This document shows positions 39,512 to 49,453 of a stretch of DNA of 64,000 nucleotides, one piece after another. Where the stretch lies: contig JAYYHK010000036.1 of the NCBI GenBank assembly GCA_036148495.1, positions 2,125-66,124 of the forward strand. The letters run 5' to 3'. Within the stretch, counting starts at the first letter, position 1. Every line of letters begins with the position of its first letter. Source of the stretch: Thermoplasmatota archaeon. GTDB taxonomy: Archaea > Thermoplasmatota > Poseidoniia > MGIII > CG-Epi1. The position numbers and the translations under genes were made by a program. The notes below the pieces were generated by a model. It made no database searches, was not told the DNA's origin, and saw only the letters and a list, made by a program, of their open reading frames with translations.

Positions 39512-40153
39512 CTAGTCACCGAAATCACTAAGTTTTACTACAGGCCTAATCCGTTCAATTGTTTTCCAACTTTTGCGAGTACCTGGAGGCCACCTTGAAT
39601 TATCATGAAAGTAGCTCTTCAAAAACTTAATTGTCCTTTCATCAGAGGGGTAACCACTTCCAAAGTCCCCTATTTCTTTTTTAAGTTTTTTGATTTCTAG
39701 CTCTCTAGTTTCTTTAGCTATTATTGATGCAGCAGCCACTACAGGAATCATGCTGTCCGCTTTGTGCATGGAAATAACGTCTGTGTCATTTGGATTAGTC
39801 AAGTTTATTTTGATTTCTCTTCCAAATCTTTCTTCGTTGACATCAGCAGCATCTACGTATGCTACATTTGGATTCAGTTTACTAATTACTTTTTCAAAAG
39901 CTTTCCTATTAAGCAGGTTAAGTTGGTTTTTCATCCTATATTCATCAATTTTTTCAACGTTAATAATTTCAATTTCATAGCTATAATTCTGTTTAATCAG
40001 ATTGAAAAGTTTTAACCTTCTTTGAGAACTGAGTAGTTTCGAATCCTTGAACCCTAAATTTTCAACTAGTTTAGCGTTTTCAACTGAAACTGCAGCAACG
40101 ACCATCGGGCCCATAACTGGACCTTTTCCGGCTTCATCCACTCCACAAATCAT
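39512..40153 (-). CDS. rnhB: Ribonuclease HII
   Basis: GVDEAGKGPVMGPMV, KDSK, HKAD, AASIIAK, GSGYPSD. Confidence 0.97.
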   Translation of the reverse strand: MICGVDEAGKGPVMGPMVVAAVSVENAKLVENLGFKDSKLLSSQRRLKLFNLIKQNYSYEIEIINVEKIDEYRMKNQLNLLNRKAFEKVISKLNPNVAYVDAADVNEERFGREIKINLTNPNDTDVISMHKADSMIPVVAAASIIAKETRELEIKKLKKEIGDFGSGYPSDERTIKFLKSYFHDNSRWPPGTRKSWKTIERIRPVVKLSDFGD

Positions 40154-41343
40154 GTTTCTAGAACCAAATTAGCCCATTTTCGAGCCATGAAATATATTGC
40201 CGCCTTTTCGGGAACTTCAACAACCGAATCAGGCATCAGCTTTGCTATATTTCCCATAGATACTGGGTAATTAACGATAGATCTAATTTTTGTAGCTTTA
40301 TCACCAAAAACGGTTGCTTTTTTCATAGGATCAAAATTCTCTAACTCCTTAGTGTTAATGGTTGTGACTCTCAAACCAGAGCCGCCATGCAAAGACCCAG
40401 GTAATCTTATCAATCTGTGAACATCTCCCGTAACTGGTTCATCGGGGAAAATTGCAGCTTCTTTAATTGCTGTACGAACTAAATGTCTCTGAGTTCCCTT
40501 GGATAAGGAATTAAAAATATTTTCAGTATCTTCATTTAGATTAATATTTGACTTTCCAAGCTTCAACTCTTTCAATTTTCCGTTTAATTCATCATCGCTT
40601 GTTGATTTTAGATTGTTAATTAAAGCAGTTATTTTTCTTGATATAATACCACTCCATCCCTTTGCTTTCAGTGAGGGTAATTTTTTTACGCCAAGATTTT
40701 TACGTTCGATACCTTTTCCTCTGATTGCAAATTCTTTAGTGTATCCAGCATCTACCAAGATGTTTTCTAAATTTAAACCCTTTCCGGTCATATAATCAGA
40801 AAGCTCTCTTCTTGCACCAGAAGGTAGGGAAAGCACAGACGGGGTTCGCACGTGGACATGATATCCTCTACCCCCACTAAAGGTGATGAGCAAGTCTCTT
40901 TCGTCCAGAGCAAAATCACCTAACAAAATGTCGTGAACGAGCCTGAAAGTCTGCTCGCGAATGTAATCCATTAATTTAGAGAATGTAATTTTCCCCTTTT
41001 TTACATCTTCCATCTCAGGCAAATGATCTGCATCTAAATCAAAAATTAAATCAGCCCCTTGCCACTTTTTTTCTATCATAGTCTTACTTCCAGGATCACT
41101 GTAATATGCAACGGAATGGTATGAATGGGCAGGTGCAGTATTTTCTAGATAAGCTTTAATTTCATTTATTGTGCTGAAACGAACATGTCTATTCATCACA
41201 CCACCACCCCATTTAAGAAATCCCCACTCTCTAGCAGTAAATCTTGGTGGAAGCATAATATCTGCGGACCTATAATATTCACGAAATTTTTCTTGTAAAA
41301 AATCTTTTGTCTTAATTGGCTCAATTTCTTTGAGTAGGCTCAT
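40150..41343 (-). CDS. priS: DNA primase catalytic (small) subunit
   Basis: REWGF, ADLIFDLDAD, FSGGRGYHVH, DEPVTGDVHRLIRLPGSLHG. Start placed at ATG 41343 (ATGA overlap with the upstream gene). Confidence 0.95.
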   Translation of the reverse strand: MSLLKEIEPIKTKDFLQEKFREYYRSADIMLPPRFTAREWGFLKWGGGVMNRHVRFSTINEIKAYLENTAPAHSYHSVAYYSDPGSKTMIEKKWQGADLIFDLDADHLPEMEDVKKGKITFSKLMDYIREQTFRLVHDILLGDFALDERDLLITFSGGRGYHVHVRTPSVLSLPSGARRELSDYMTGKGLNLENILVDAGYTKEFAIRGKGIERKNLGVKKLPSLKAKGWSGIISRKITALINNLKSTSDDELNGKLKELKLGKSNINLNEDTENIFNSLSKGTQRHLVRTAIKEAAIFPDEPVTGDVHRLIRLPGSLHGGSGLRVTTINTKELENFDPMKKATVFGDKATKIRSIVNYPVSMGNIAKLMPDSVVEVPEKAAIYFMARKWANLVLET

Positions 41344-41744
41344 TTCAAATAAGTCTCCCATTTTGATTTAGCTCGAAAGATGCCTTGGCTCAACCATCCA
41401 TTTCTCAGCTTTTGAGTAATGGTATATTCCCATGGTTTTCTTGGTAAAGATGATGCAAAATGTCTTAATAGTTCATTCTCTAAATTTTTTTCCTTAGACT
41501 CTAGTTCGATACAACTAATATTCCCAGAACTGGGTTTTTCTTCCCAAATATCTGTTTTAATTTTAAAGTTTTCTGTGTCATACTTGTAAACCATGGCGGT
41601 CTTTTCGTGGGCAATTACGAAGGATACTTTGGTGTGCGTACGTCTTTCTGTAGTCCTTTTATAATTGTATTCCTTCTTATCTAAAAGTTTTCGAAATGAA
41701 GCTGCAGTTGTTCTTGATTCAAAACATACAGGTAATTTTACCAA
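41340..41744 (-). CDS. Hypothetical protein
   Basis: 134-aa ORF overlapping both pheT and priS in the same direction. No family recognised. Confidence 0.7.
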   Translation of the reverse strand: MVKLPVCFESRTTAASFRKLLDKKEYNYKRTTERRTHTKVSFVIAHEKTAMVYKYDTENFKIKTDIWEEKPSSGNISCIELESKEKNLENELLRHFASSLPRKPWEYTITQKLRNGWLSQGIFRAKSKWETYLK

Positions 41745-43351
41745 TGGATTTCTCCACCAACTACCGGATAGCCTAATTCGAATTTTTCAAGGGTAAACGG
41801 ATGAATTTCTCCATATCTTAATAATGTGCTACCATCGCTTATTTCTATACTTCTTCCAGGAATATAAATAGAATCTTCACATTCTTTTGGTTCACCTTTT
41901 ATTCTAAGCCTTAGTGCAATACTATCGGCAATCGTTCTAGCTTGAGAAAAGGTGTTTTTGCTCGCAATTTGCATCCAGGCCAGTGATTGCGAATTAGTAT
42001 GCATTTTAACAATATCTCCAATTTCAAAAACTTTCTGTGGTAGTTCTCGATGCTTGTTATTTTTCAGCAACTCTAAAAGGTTGGGTAATATACTTGAGCG
42101 GAGTACATGATAATCTTCAGTAACTGGGTTAGCAACTTCAGTTTCATTTTGGCTATCTCTTCGAGTATACTCATGAAGCATTTTTTTTGAGGTTAATGTC
42201 AGTGTTACAACCTCTTGGAATCCCAATCCTAGCATTATTTCTCTGCAATGACTTTCACGCTTTCTTGAGTCTAACGATTCACCAAATAGTGTCATTTGCG
42301 GTAAAGTTTCAGGAAATTCATCGTAACCAATTCCAATTGATACTTCTTCGAGTAGATCGATTGGGTGTAGAATATCCGCCCTATAAGCAGGTACTTTCAC
42401 ACTCCATTTATCATTTTTTAGTTCAGGCTCCATTCCACATTTTCTAAATGCCTTGAATATAACAAATTGACCGGGGTCAAATCCAAGTAATTTGATAAGA
42501 TATTCATTATCAATTTCGTGGACTCTAGGGTCCATTGTTGGTACAATTTTATTCTCTGAAGGAAATTTAAGTTCAAGTTGTTCAATAGTTCCTCCTCTCT
42601 CAACCAATGCTGCTGCTACTATGTTAGCACATGCATCGACAGCATTTTGGTCGAGTCCAGTTACATCGATTAGCACGTCAGTAGTGTCTTCAGTTATTGT
42701 TGTTAATGCTCCATTTATTATTGGAGGCAATGATGCTACTTCATCGTTTGAATCTTTTATAATTGGATATTTGTTAAATTCAGATAATAGATGTGCGTAT
42801 TCTTTACCTTTCGGATGTTCTTCCAGTATTTCTTGAGGGGTCATTTCATAGTCCTTTTGTAAAGGAACAAATGCAGGTTCATGTGGTGAGCAAATGTCAT
42901 ATGTAAAAGGGCCTTCGATTTTTGATAAATCGTGGATACCAATTGATACTTTTTTTCTTTTCCTTCCTAGAGTAACGTGTAACTTTTCTTGAAGTTCCAT
43001 CAAGCATTTAATTGATATGTCGTCTAGAGTCACACCTCTAACAATTCCACCTGATATACAAGGTCTTATTTCCATTACCTCCTTTGAAATAAACATATGT
43101 GTAGTTTGTGGCTTCACTTCATACTCAATTAAACCTAAACTTTGTTCAGTAAATGATCTAAGTGCTCTTGCAACTCCCTCTGTCGAAAGTAAATCAGGTC
43201 TATCTGGAAAAAATTCAACAATAGCTTCTGAGTCATTTATTTCATCAGGATCAGCGCCTATCTTTGGAATGATATTAGCAAAATCATTCGAAGATAATTT
43301 AACTTTAAGCATACGGTTTAAATCTTCTAGCACTATGTTAATGACTGGCAT
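41738..43351 (-). CDS. pheT: Phenylalanine--tRNA ligase beta subunit (archaeal type)
   Basis: PDRPDLLSTEGVARAL, LQEKLH, SIGIHDL, SLPPIIN, PAYRADILHPIDLLEE. Confidence 0.97.
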   Translation of the reverse strand: MPVINIVLEDLNRMLKVKLSSNDFANIIPKIGADPDEINDSEAIVEFFPDRPDLLSTEGVARALRSFTEQSLGLIEYEVKPQTTHMFISKEVMEIRPCISGGIVRGVTLDDISIKCLMELQEKLHVTLGRKRKKVSIGIHDLSKIEGPFTYDICSPHEPAFVPLQKDYEMTPQEILEEHPKGKEYAHLLSEFNKYPIIKDSNDEVASLPPIINGALTTITEDTTDVLIDVTGLDQNAVDACANIVAAALVERGGTIEQLELKFPSENKIVPTMDPRVHEIDNEYLIKLLGFDPGQFVIFKAFRKCGMEPELKNDKWSVKVPAYRADILHPIDLLEEVSIGIGYDEFPETLPQMTLFGESLDSRKRESHCREIMLGLGFQEVVTLTLTSKKMLHEYTRRDSQNETEVANPVTEDYHVLRSSILPNLLELLKNNKHRELPQKVFEIGDIVKMHTNSQSLAWMQIASKNTFSQARTIADSIALRLRIKGEPKECEDSIYIPGRSIEISDGSTLLRYGEIHPFTLEKFELGYPVVGGEIHW

Positions 43352-43407
43352 CCTAGGTTCCTATTGTGAAGGTATTATAAGGAAATGTGTCGAAAACTAG
43401 TTTAAAA

Positions 43408-43512
43408 CTACTTATTACGCCTTCTTTCACGTTTGCGACGGCGCATTTTTTTCTTACGCCATTTCCAACGCTGTTTTCCGGCTTTTTTCCAAACTCGGGA
43501 GCTTCTCTTCAT
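43408..43512 (-). CDS. rpl41e: Ribosomal protein eL41 (L41e/eS32); not in the ORF track
   Basis: MKRSSRVWKKAGKQRWKWRKKKMRRRKRERRRNK*. RWKWRKKxMRRxKR is the eL41 signature, here with the euryarchaeal N-terminal extension. Confidence 0.9.
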   Translation of the reverse strand: MKRSSRVWKKAGKQRWKWRKKKMRRRKRERRRNK

Positions 43513-43556
43513 ACTATTAGGATGTTCGCACTCGCCCACTGTATTTAAAATGCGAC

Positions 43557-43769
43557 CTAGTAAGAATCAATAACTATATTTCCATTCTCTACTCTTTTCT
43601 TTGCATCTATAATCAAATCTCCGAGTTCGCTATTATCTTCGGTTTTGAACATTATGCGTACTTTTTTCAGGTTTATTTGACAATTACATCTAATACATTT
43701 CTTAGTTTTAAACTGTAAATCAGCCCCAGTAACAAATCTACATTTTGGGCAGCATATCACTCCAAACAT
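43557..43769 (-). CDS. Small zinc-ribbon protein (DUF1922-like)
   Basis: VICCPKC...KTKKCIRC, an archaeal small zinc-ribbon pattern. Confidence 0.7.
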   Translation of the reverse strand: MFGVICCPKCRFVTGADLQFKTKKCIRCNCQINLKKVRIMFKTEDNSELGDLIIDAKKRVENGNIVIDSY

Positions 43770-43843
43770 AATTGTAACATTTTAATTTGGATTAAATAAA
43801 TCTTGTGGGAAGTATTATTTGGCCTTACCTACTTAGCACGATA

Positions 43844-45184
43844 ATGAAATATCCGGAATTTCCCAATCACGAAAAATATACGCAAATTCGTACGATTCTT
43901 AACGGGGATTGTGACGGAGAAGTTTGTGTAAGAGGTTGGATTTATCGAACACGCTCATCAGGTAAGTTAGCCTTTATCGTTTTAAGAGATTCAACAGGTA
44001 ATATTCAAAGTACAGTATCTAAAAAAAATGTTAGTGAATCAGCTTTTTCGGATGCTCGAAAAGCTCTTATTGAGTCCTCAGTTATTGTAAAGGGAATTCC
44101 TGCTAAAGATGATCGAGCTCCAGGTGGATGGGAGATAAGGGCTACAGACTTTCAAGTTGTTCATTTTGCTGAAACTTTTCCAATTACAAAAGATCAGAGT
44201 GATGAGCATTTGCTAAACAATAGGCATTTGTGGTTACGTAGTCAGAACATGGTGGCATCACTTAAAATCCGTTCAACGGTTTTCAAGGCATTTAGAGATT
44301 ATTGGACAAGTAATGATTTTACCGAAATTCAATCGCCGAGCTTTACGACTTCAGCTTGTGAAGGAGGCTCAACTCTCTTTAATGTATCTTATGATGATGA
44401 AAAGGAGAAAACCGGCCAAAAATTTTATGCCCATTTAAGTCAATCCTGGCAATTATATGCTGAAGCTACAATGTTTGGTTTGGAGAATATTTTCACTTTA
44501 GCACCTTCATTTAGGGCCGAAAAGTCTCGAACACGTCGCCACCTAACTGAATTTTGGCACGCAGAAGTTGAATCTGCTTGGATGCACAACCATCAAATGA
44601 TGGAATTAGAGGAAGGAATGATTGTGTTTATCATCGAATCTGTTTTATCAAATAATCGAAAAGAATTAGAAATATTGGGCAGAGATATTTCAGTTCTTGA
44701 GAATATCAAAGCACCATTCGAAAAAATGACTTATGAGGAAGTACTTGGTAAATTGAATTCAATGGGCTTTGATTTGTCATGGGGTGACGATTTTGGATAT
44801 AAGGAAGAGAAAGCCCTTACCCAAGACTTGAAGTCGCCAATGTACATTACAAATTTTCCCAGGGAGAAGGGTTTCTATCATAGACCTGATCCTAGCGATC
44901 CTAGGTCTTTAGTTTGTCATGATTTACTTGCGCCAGAAGGATATGGGGAAATAATAGGAGGAGGCGAAAGAGTTTGGTCCTCTGAAGAGTTAATAGAAAG
45001 AATTCGTGAGGAGGGACTAGAACCAGAGTCTTATGGCTGGTATTTAGATATCCGTAAATTTGGTAGCGTACCTCACTCAGGATTTGGTTTAGGTATAGAT
45101 AGAACAGTCAGCTGGATTTGTGGTTCAGATCACATTAAACATGTCATTCCTTTCCCAAGGACAATGCGTAGAACAACACCTTAG
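43844..45184 (+). CDS. asnS: Asparagine--tRNA ligase
   Basis: OB fold (VRGWIYRTRSSGKLAFIVLRDSTG), RHLWLRS, LSQSWQLY, FRAEKSRTRRHLTEFWHAE, PHSGFGLG. Start placed at ATG 43844. Confidence 0.93.
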   Translation: MKYPEFPNHEKYTQIRTILNGDCDGEVCVRGWIYRTRSSGKLAFIVLRDSTGNIQSTVSKKNVSESAFSDARKALIESSVIVKGIPAKDDRAPGGWEIRATDFQVVHFAETFPITKDQSDEHLLNNRHLWLRSQNMVASLKIRSTVFKAFRDYWTSNDFTEIQSPSFTTSACEGGSTLFNVSYDDEKEKTGQKFYAHLSQSWQLYAEATMFGLENIFTLAPSFRAEKSRTRRHLTEFWHAEVESAWMHNHQMMELEEGMIVFIIESVLSNNRKELEILGRDISVLENIKAPFEKMTYEEVLGKLNSMGFDLSWGDDFGYKEEKALTQDLKSPMYITNFPREKGFYHRPDPSDPRSLVCHDLLAPEGYGEIIGGGERVWSSEELIERIREEGLEPESYGWYLDIRKFGSVPHSGFGLGIDRTVSWICGSDHIKHVIPFPRTMRRTTP

Positions 45185-45186
45185 AT

Positions 45187-46125
45187 TTATTTTAAATCTT
45201 TAGCTTGCTTAACCCAATTGTCTCTCTTTACTCTACCTGGGAAAAATTCGATCGCTTCATTAACTTGTTCTTCTAACTCAGGTGTCATGTTTGATATTTG
45301 TTCGTAGGTGTATATGCCTAGAGCATTTAATTTTTGCTCTAAGAAAGGACCAATACCCTTAATGTTTTTTAAATCATCCTTATTTTCTTCATCAGCTGTA
45401 CCAAGAGTTTTAAAATCAATACTGTCTTTTTTTTCTGCAATTCTGGCTAAATCATCTTCTTTGCTACCGCTATCTTTTTTCTCAGCCTTTCTTGGCTCTT
45501 TATCTTCAGAATCAGCTACTCCGTCACCGTCAATATCGCCTTTACCATCTTCTTCCATAGGTCCTTTAATTTTCTCATCAATAGGTCCGGCACCTCCAAA
45601 TATTTCCAATGATCTAGCCACTCTTTTTCTAACGTAAGGTTCAGGATCGTTCAATGAACCAACGAGGGAGTCGCGAGCATCGCTGGAACCAGCAAATCTT
45701 CCCAACCCTTTTGCAGCTTGCCATCTTACGTACATGTCATCATCATCCATGCATTTGATTAGGTAAGGTAGAACAGCCATCCTACCAGTTCGTCCCATTG
45801 CATCTGTGGCTATTCTTCTAGCAAAAGCATCGCCATTTTTTAGTAAGTCATTAACCAGTGGCTCAAGCCCCAGTTCGCTCATATTTTGGAATAATTCTAT
45901 AGCTCCCTTATTCACAAAAGAAGCACTACTTCCAGCTTCGCTTTCTTCATTTTCCAGTATAGTTTCAACAAGATTGTTAGAAATAGAAACCTCACTTAGG
46001 GGTAACATTGCCTTTAGAGTTATGAGTGCTTCATTACGTGTTTCAAAGCTTTCATCTCCTAAATCCTCAATTAAATTTTGTATTCTACCTGATGAGCCGC
46101 CACCAATATTCGAATCACTTTCCAT
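45187..46125 (-). CDS. HEAT-repeat protein with C-terminal helix-hairpin-helix (DUF4332-like) domain
   Basis: PBS-lyase-type HEAT repeats (DDDMYVRWQAAKGLG, DPEPYVRKRVARSL), an acidic DIDGDG linker and DDLKNIKGIGPFLEQKLNALGIYTYEQI...RDNWVKQAK. Start placed at ATG 46125. Confidence 0.8.
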   Translation of the reverse strand: MESDSNIGGGSSGRIQNLIEDLGDESFETRNEALITLKAMLPLSEVSISNNLVETILENEESEAGSSASFVNKGAIELFQNMSELGLEPLVNDLLKNGDAFARRIATDAMGRTGRMAVLPYLIKCMDDDDMYVRWQAAKGLGRFAGSSDARDSLVGSLNDPEPYVRKRVARSLEIFGGAGPIDEKIKGPMEEDGKGDIDGDGVADSEDKEPRKAEKKDSGSKEDDLARIAEKKDSIDFKTLGTADEENKDDLKNIKGIGPFLEQKLNALGIYTYEQISNMTPELEEQVNEAIEFFPGRVKRDNWVKQAKDLK

Positions 46126-46184
46126 CTTAATCAAACCATTACCCAATTACAGTATTTAATATTTAAACATCTGTATGGAAGATT

Positions 46185-46874
46185 ATGGCTCCCCTAATTA
46201 TTTCTCACAGAGGTAAGGTCGATTTATCTAGTTCAGAGAATAGTTTAGTTGGGATTCAAGAGGCAATTGATCTGGGAGTGAATATGATTGAATTTGATGT
46301 TAGAAATACAGTAAATGACGTTCTAGTTTGTTATCATGATGAATCAATTAAAGGTAAGCCTATTTCCCACATCGAATACGAGGAAATGAAAGCATTAGAC
46401 AAAGATGTTTGTAAGTTAGAAGAAGTTATTGAACTGTGTAAAAATAAGGTTGGAGTCAATGTAGAGATTAAGGAAGAAGGTTATGAGCAAAAAATTATTG
46501 ATTTATTAGTTCCTAATTTTAGCTACGCAGATATACTGATTACCTCTTTTAAGTCCAAAGTAATTCGAAAAATTAAACTTAAAGACTCTAAATTAACCAC
46601 AGGATTTTTAATTGGAGAGTCACTTAGTTACAACACATTCTACAGAGTAATCAAGGAATCTTTTACGATGAGAGAATTTTTGTATTCTAAGGCAGATTTT
46701 GTGTGTCCATTCTATAAAATTTACGAAATTGGCTTAATGCACAAATTTAAAAAATTAAAAATACCAATCCAGCTTTGGACTGTAAATGATTTAAGTTTAT
46801 TAAAAGATTTAATAAACAGAGATTTCCACTCTGTAGTAACCGATGTATCAGGTAAACTTTTGCAGGAGCTTTGA
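46185..46874 (+). CDS. Glycerophosphodiester phosphodiesterase family protein
   Basis: ISHRG, ENS, IEFDVR, HD, NVEIK, WTVND, VTD. Confidence 0.92.
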   Translation: MAPLIISHRGKVDLSSSENSLVGIQEAIDLGVNMIEFDVRNTVNDVLVCYHDESIKGKPISHIEYEEMKALDKDVCKLEEVIELCKNKVGVNVEIKEEGYEQKIIDLLVPNFSYADILITSFKSKVIRKIKLKDSKLTTGFLIGESLSYNTFYRVIKESFTMREFLYSKADFVCPFYKIYEIGLMHKFKKLKIPIQLWTVNDLSLLKDLINRDFHSVVTDVSGKLLQEL

Positions 46875-46877
46875 AAT

Positions 46878-48125
46878 ATGACTGAGTTAGACTTAGAAAA
46901 AATAAACAAATTTGCACCATTTTGTCTATCTTGCTTGGGTCGCTCAGTTGGATTAGTCGGTTTTGGTCTTGACAATAGAGAGAGAGGGTTGGAAATGGCC
47001 AACCTCATCGAGATATCATCAGGTATTGATACCGACAAAGAATTAATATGTGATTCAGAGGATTGTAAAATTTGTGATGGATTAATTGGGGAAATTGATA
47101 ATTTTATAGATTTATGCTGTGATTCAATATCAGATTATTCCTTAGAAACTTTCAAAATTGGAACTATTGTAGATAAAGACATACTCAACACAGAGTCAGA
47201 ATTTTCAAAAATATTTGGTTTAAATTTATCGGAAACTATCAAATCTCAATTGAACAGAGAAATAGGAATTGGCGTGTTTCAAAATCTTGATATTTCAGCT
47301 AGGCTTGATAGTCCTGACTCAACAATTATAGTTGATACTAGGTATGATACTATTAACCTAGAAATTAAGTCTATTTTTATTGAGGGAAAATACAATAAGT
47401 ACGATAGAACTATTCCACAAACTTATTGGCCTTGCAGTAAATGTAAGGGAAGAGGGTGCAGACAATGTAACAATACAGGCCAATTATACCCAGATTCAGT
47501 CCAATCACTTGTAGCGGCACCTTTCATGAAAGCTACATACTCAACAGAAAATTTATTTCACGGTATGGGTCGGGAAGACATAGATGCAGCTATGTTGGGC
47601 TCAGGTAGGCCTTTTGTTTTGGAATTACGCAGACCTAAAGTTAGGGATATAGATTTAGATAAAATGCAAATTAAAATTAACACAGCAAACAAGGATAGAA
47701 TTCGAGCTTCTGATTTTAAATTAGTCCCTCGTTCAAGAGTTGCGGAGTTAAAAAAAACAGTTTGCGATAAGTCATACAGAGTAGATGTTTCAGTTCCTGA
47801 GGAACTTTCTATAGAAAGGCTTAAGAACGGGGCGCAAAGGTTGAAGGAGAAGCTTGTCAAGCAGCGGACACCGACACGTGTAGCGCACCGTAGAGCAGAT
47901 CTGATACGCCCACGCTTTGTTGAATCGGTAAAGGTTTTATCTTTTGAGCAGGGAATGGTCGAACTAGAAATCAAAGCTCAACACGGAACCTACATTCGTG
48001 AACTTGTTAGCGGAGACATGGGACGTACAGTGCCCAGTTTTTCGTCGCTGGTTGATGGGGCATGTAAGGTAGAGGTTTTGGATGTCCTTAATCTCCATCT
48101 TGAAAACGAAGAGGAAACAAAATGA
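46878..48125 (+). CDS. pus10: tRNA pseudouridine(54/55) synthase Pus10
   Basis: CLSCLGR, GKYNKYDRTIPQTYWPC, HGMGREDIDA (catalytic Asp), QRTPTRVAHRRAD, GTYIRELVSGD. Confidence 0.95.
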   Translation: MTELDLEKINKFAPFCLSCLGRSVGLVGFGLDNRERGLEMANLIEISSGIDTDKELICDSEDCKICDGLIGEIDNFIDLCCDSISDYSLETFKIGTIVDKDILNTESEFSKIFGLNLSETIKSQLNREIGIGVFQNLDISARLDSPDSTIIVDTRYDTINLEIKSIFIEGKYNKYDRTIPQTYWPCSKCKGRGCRQCNNTGQLYPDSVQSLVAAPFMKATYSTENLFHGMGREDIDAAMLGSGRPFVLELRRPKVRDIDLDKMQIKINTANKDRIRASDFKLVPRSRVAELKKTVCDKSYRVDVSVPEELSIERLKNGAQRLKEKLVKQRTPTRVAHRRADLIRPRFVESVKVLSFEQGMVELEIKAQHGTYIRELVSGDMGRTVPSFSSLVDGACKVEVLDVLNLHLENEEETK

Positions 48126-48415
48126 CCAAAAGATCACAAGGATTAAGGAGTGGTTCACGCCACAAGCTTTCACGCTCTTTTAGGGAGAAAGGACTGTCCC
48201 CAATTACACGCTCATTACAAACTTTCGAGGTTGGCGATACTGTCAACGTAGTAATTGATCCTTCATATCAAAAAGGTCAACCACATCACAGATTTCATGG
48301 ATTAACTGGTAAAGTTACAGGAAATCAAGGTAAGGCTTATGTGGTGTCAACACGTGTAGGAAAAATGCTCAAGGAGTTAATAATAAGGCCAGAGCATCTC
48401 AGGAAAGCCAAGTAG
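48122..48415 (+). CDS. rpl21e: 50S ribosomal protein L21e
   Basis: SQGLRSGSRHKL, GQPHHRFHGLTG, RPEHL. Conserved pus10-rpl21e-rpo4-DUF655 order. Confidence 0.97.
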   Translation: MTKRSQGLRSGSRHKLSRSFREKGLSPITRSLQTFEVGDTVNVVIDPSYQKGQPHHRFHGLTGKVTGNQGKAYVVSTRVGKMLKELIIRPEHLRKAK

Positions 48416-48424
48416 GAGCAGAAA

Positions 48425-48910
48425 ATGGAAGCAGAAAAACAACCAGAACCAGTACCTTTAGGTGTAGCTAAAGAATTACTCGAAAAAGAATTAAGCTTAC
48501 GAGAAAACCGTTTGAGATGCGTTGATTGTGGCAATTTCCAAGCAGTTCCTGATGTTGAACCAGATACTGAAAAATCAGATGATGATGAATCAGATGAATA
48601 CACAGGTCCTGTTTGTGAAAAATGTGGTTCAAAAAGATTAATGTTAATAGAACAAATACAATATGAGCACAAGTTAGCCCTTGATCATGTTCGTTTGATT
48701 ACTCAGGCTACTCCTGGTCAGGGAGCTCAAATTATAGAGAAAGTTATTGAATTAGAGCATGTTAATGATTACTATGCAGCTAAAATTGTAGATGTTTTAC
48801 CCATGCATGCTGATGATGTAAGGTCTATCTTTGCCAGGGAGCGTTTCTCACTTGGGCATGATGAAATAGATACTATAATCTCTGCAGTAAAGGAGACCAT
48901 GGGGGTATGA
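48425..48910 (+). CDS. rpo4: RNA polymerase subunit Rpo4 (RpoF) with a zinc-ribbon insertion
   Basis: VPLGVAKELL...YEHKLALDH...AAKIVDVLPMHADDVRSIFARER. Lies between rpl21e and DUF655. Confidence 0.88.
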   Translation: MEAEKQPEPVPLGVAKELLEKELSLRENRLRCVDCGNFQAVPDVEPDTEKSDDDESDEYTGPVCEKCGSKRLMLIEQIQYEHKLALDHVRLITQATPGQGAQIIEKVIELEHVNDYYAAKIVDVLPMHADDVRSIFARERFSLGHDEIDTIISAVKETMGV

Positions 48911-48913
48911 TTT

Positions 48914-49453
48914 ATGGAAGATTATGCCTACGTTCTTGATGTTTTGCCGGAAGGGAGACCAGATAGCAAAAGGCGATTCAGAAGAGAGCCTTTAGTTTAC
49001 GGTTTAGGTATAGAAGAGTTCAAAATTTTTGATATGCAGCCTATTGCTGGTGCAGCAATAAATATTGGAGATAAATGTTACATTGGTAAAGAAACAGAGG
49101 ATAGAACTCAAATTGACCATGTTAGAGCAAGAGTGAATTATTCAGATTTAACACACACAGCACAAAGTGAACTTAGCTTTGTTCTAGATGAGATTGTTAA
49201 AGATAATGAAGAGAAATTCATACAATTTTATAATCATGCAGGCCCTATTTCTCGTCGTTACCACTCTCTAGAGCTTATTCCCGGATTGGGTAAGAAAACA
49301 ATGAATCTAATTGTGAGTAATAGACCTTACAAAACTTTTAAGGAAATGGAAGAGAAGATCTCAAGTTTTCGCAATCCTGAGAAGTATTTATCTCAACGAA
49401 TTGAAAATGAAATCCGTGAGACTGATCAAAAATATCGCCTCTTTGTGAGATAA
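48914..49453 (+). CDS. DUF655 family putative RNA-binding protein
   Basis: EDYAYVLDVLPEG, HSLELIPGLGKK (HhH), KYRLFV; conserved position after rpo4. Confidence 0.9.
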   Translation: MEDYAYVLDVLPEGRPDSKRRFRREPLVYGLGIEEFKIFDMQPIAGAAINIGDKCYIGKETEDRTQIDHVRARVNYSDLTHTAQSELSFVLDEIVKDNEEKFIQFYNHAGPISRRYHSLELIPGLGKKTMNLIVSNRPYKTFKEMEEKISSFRNPEKYLSQRIENEIRETDQKYRLFVR

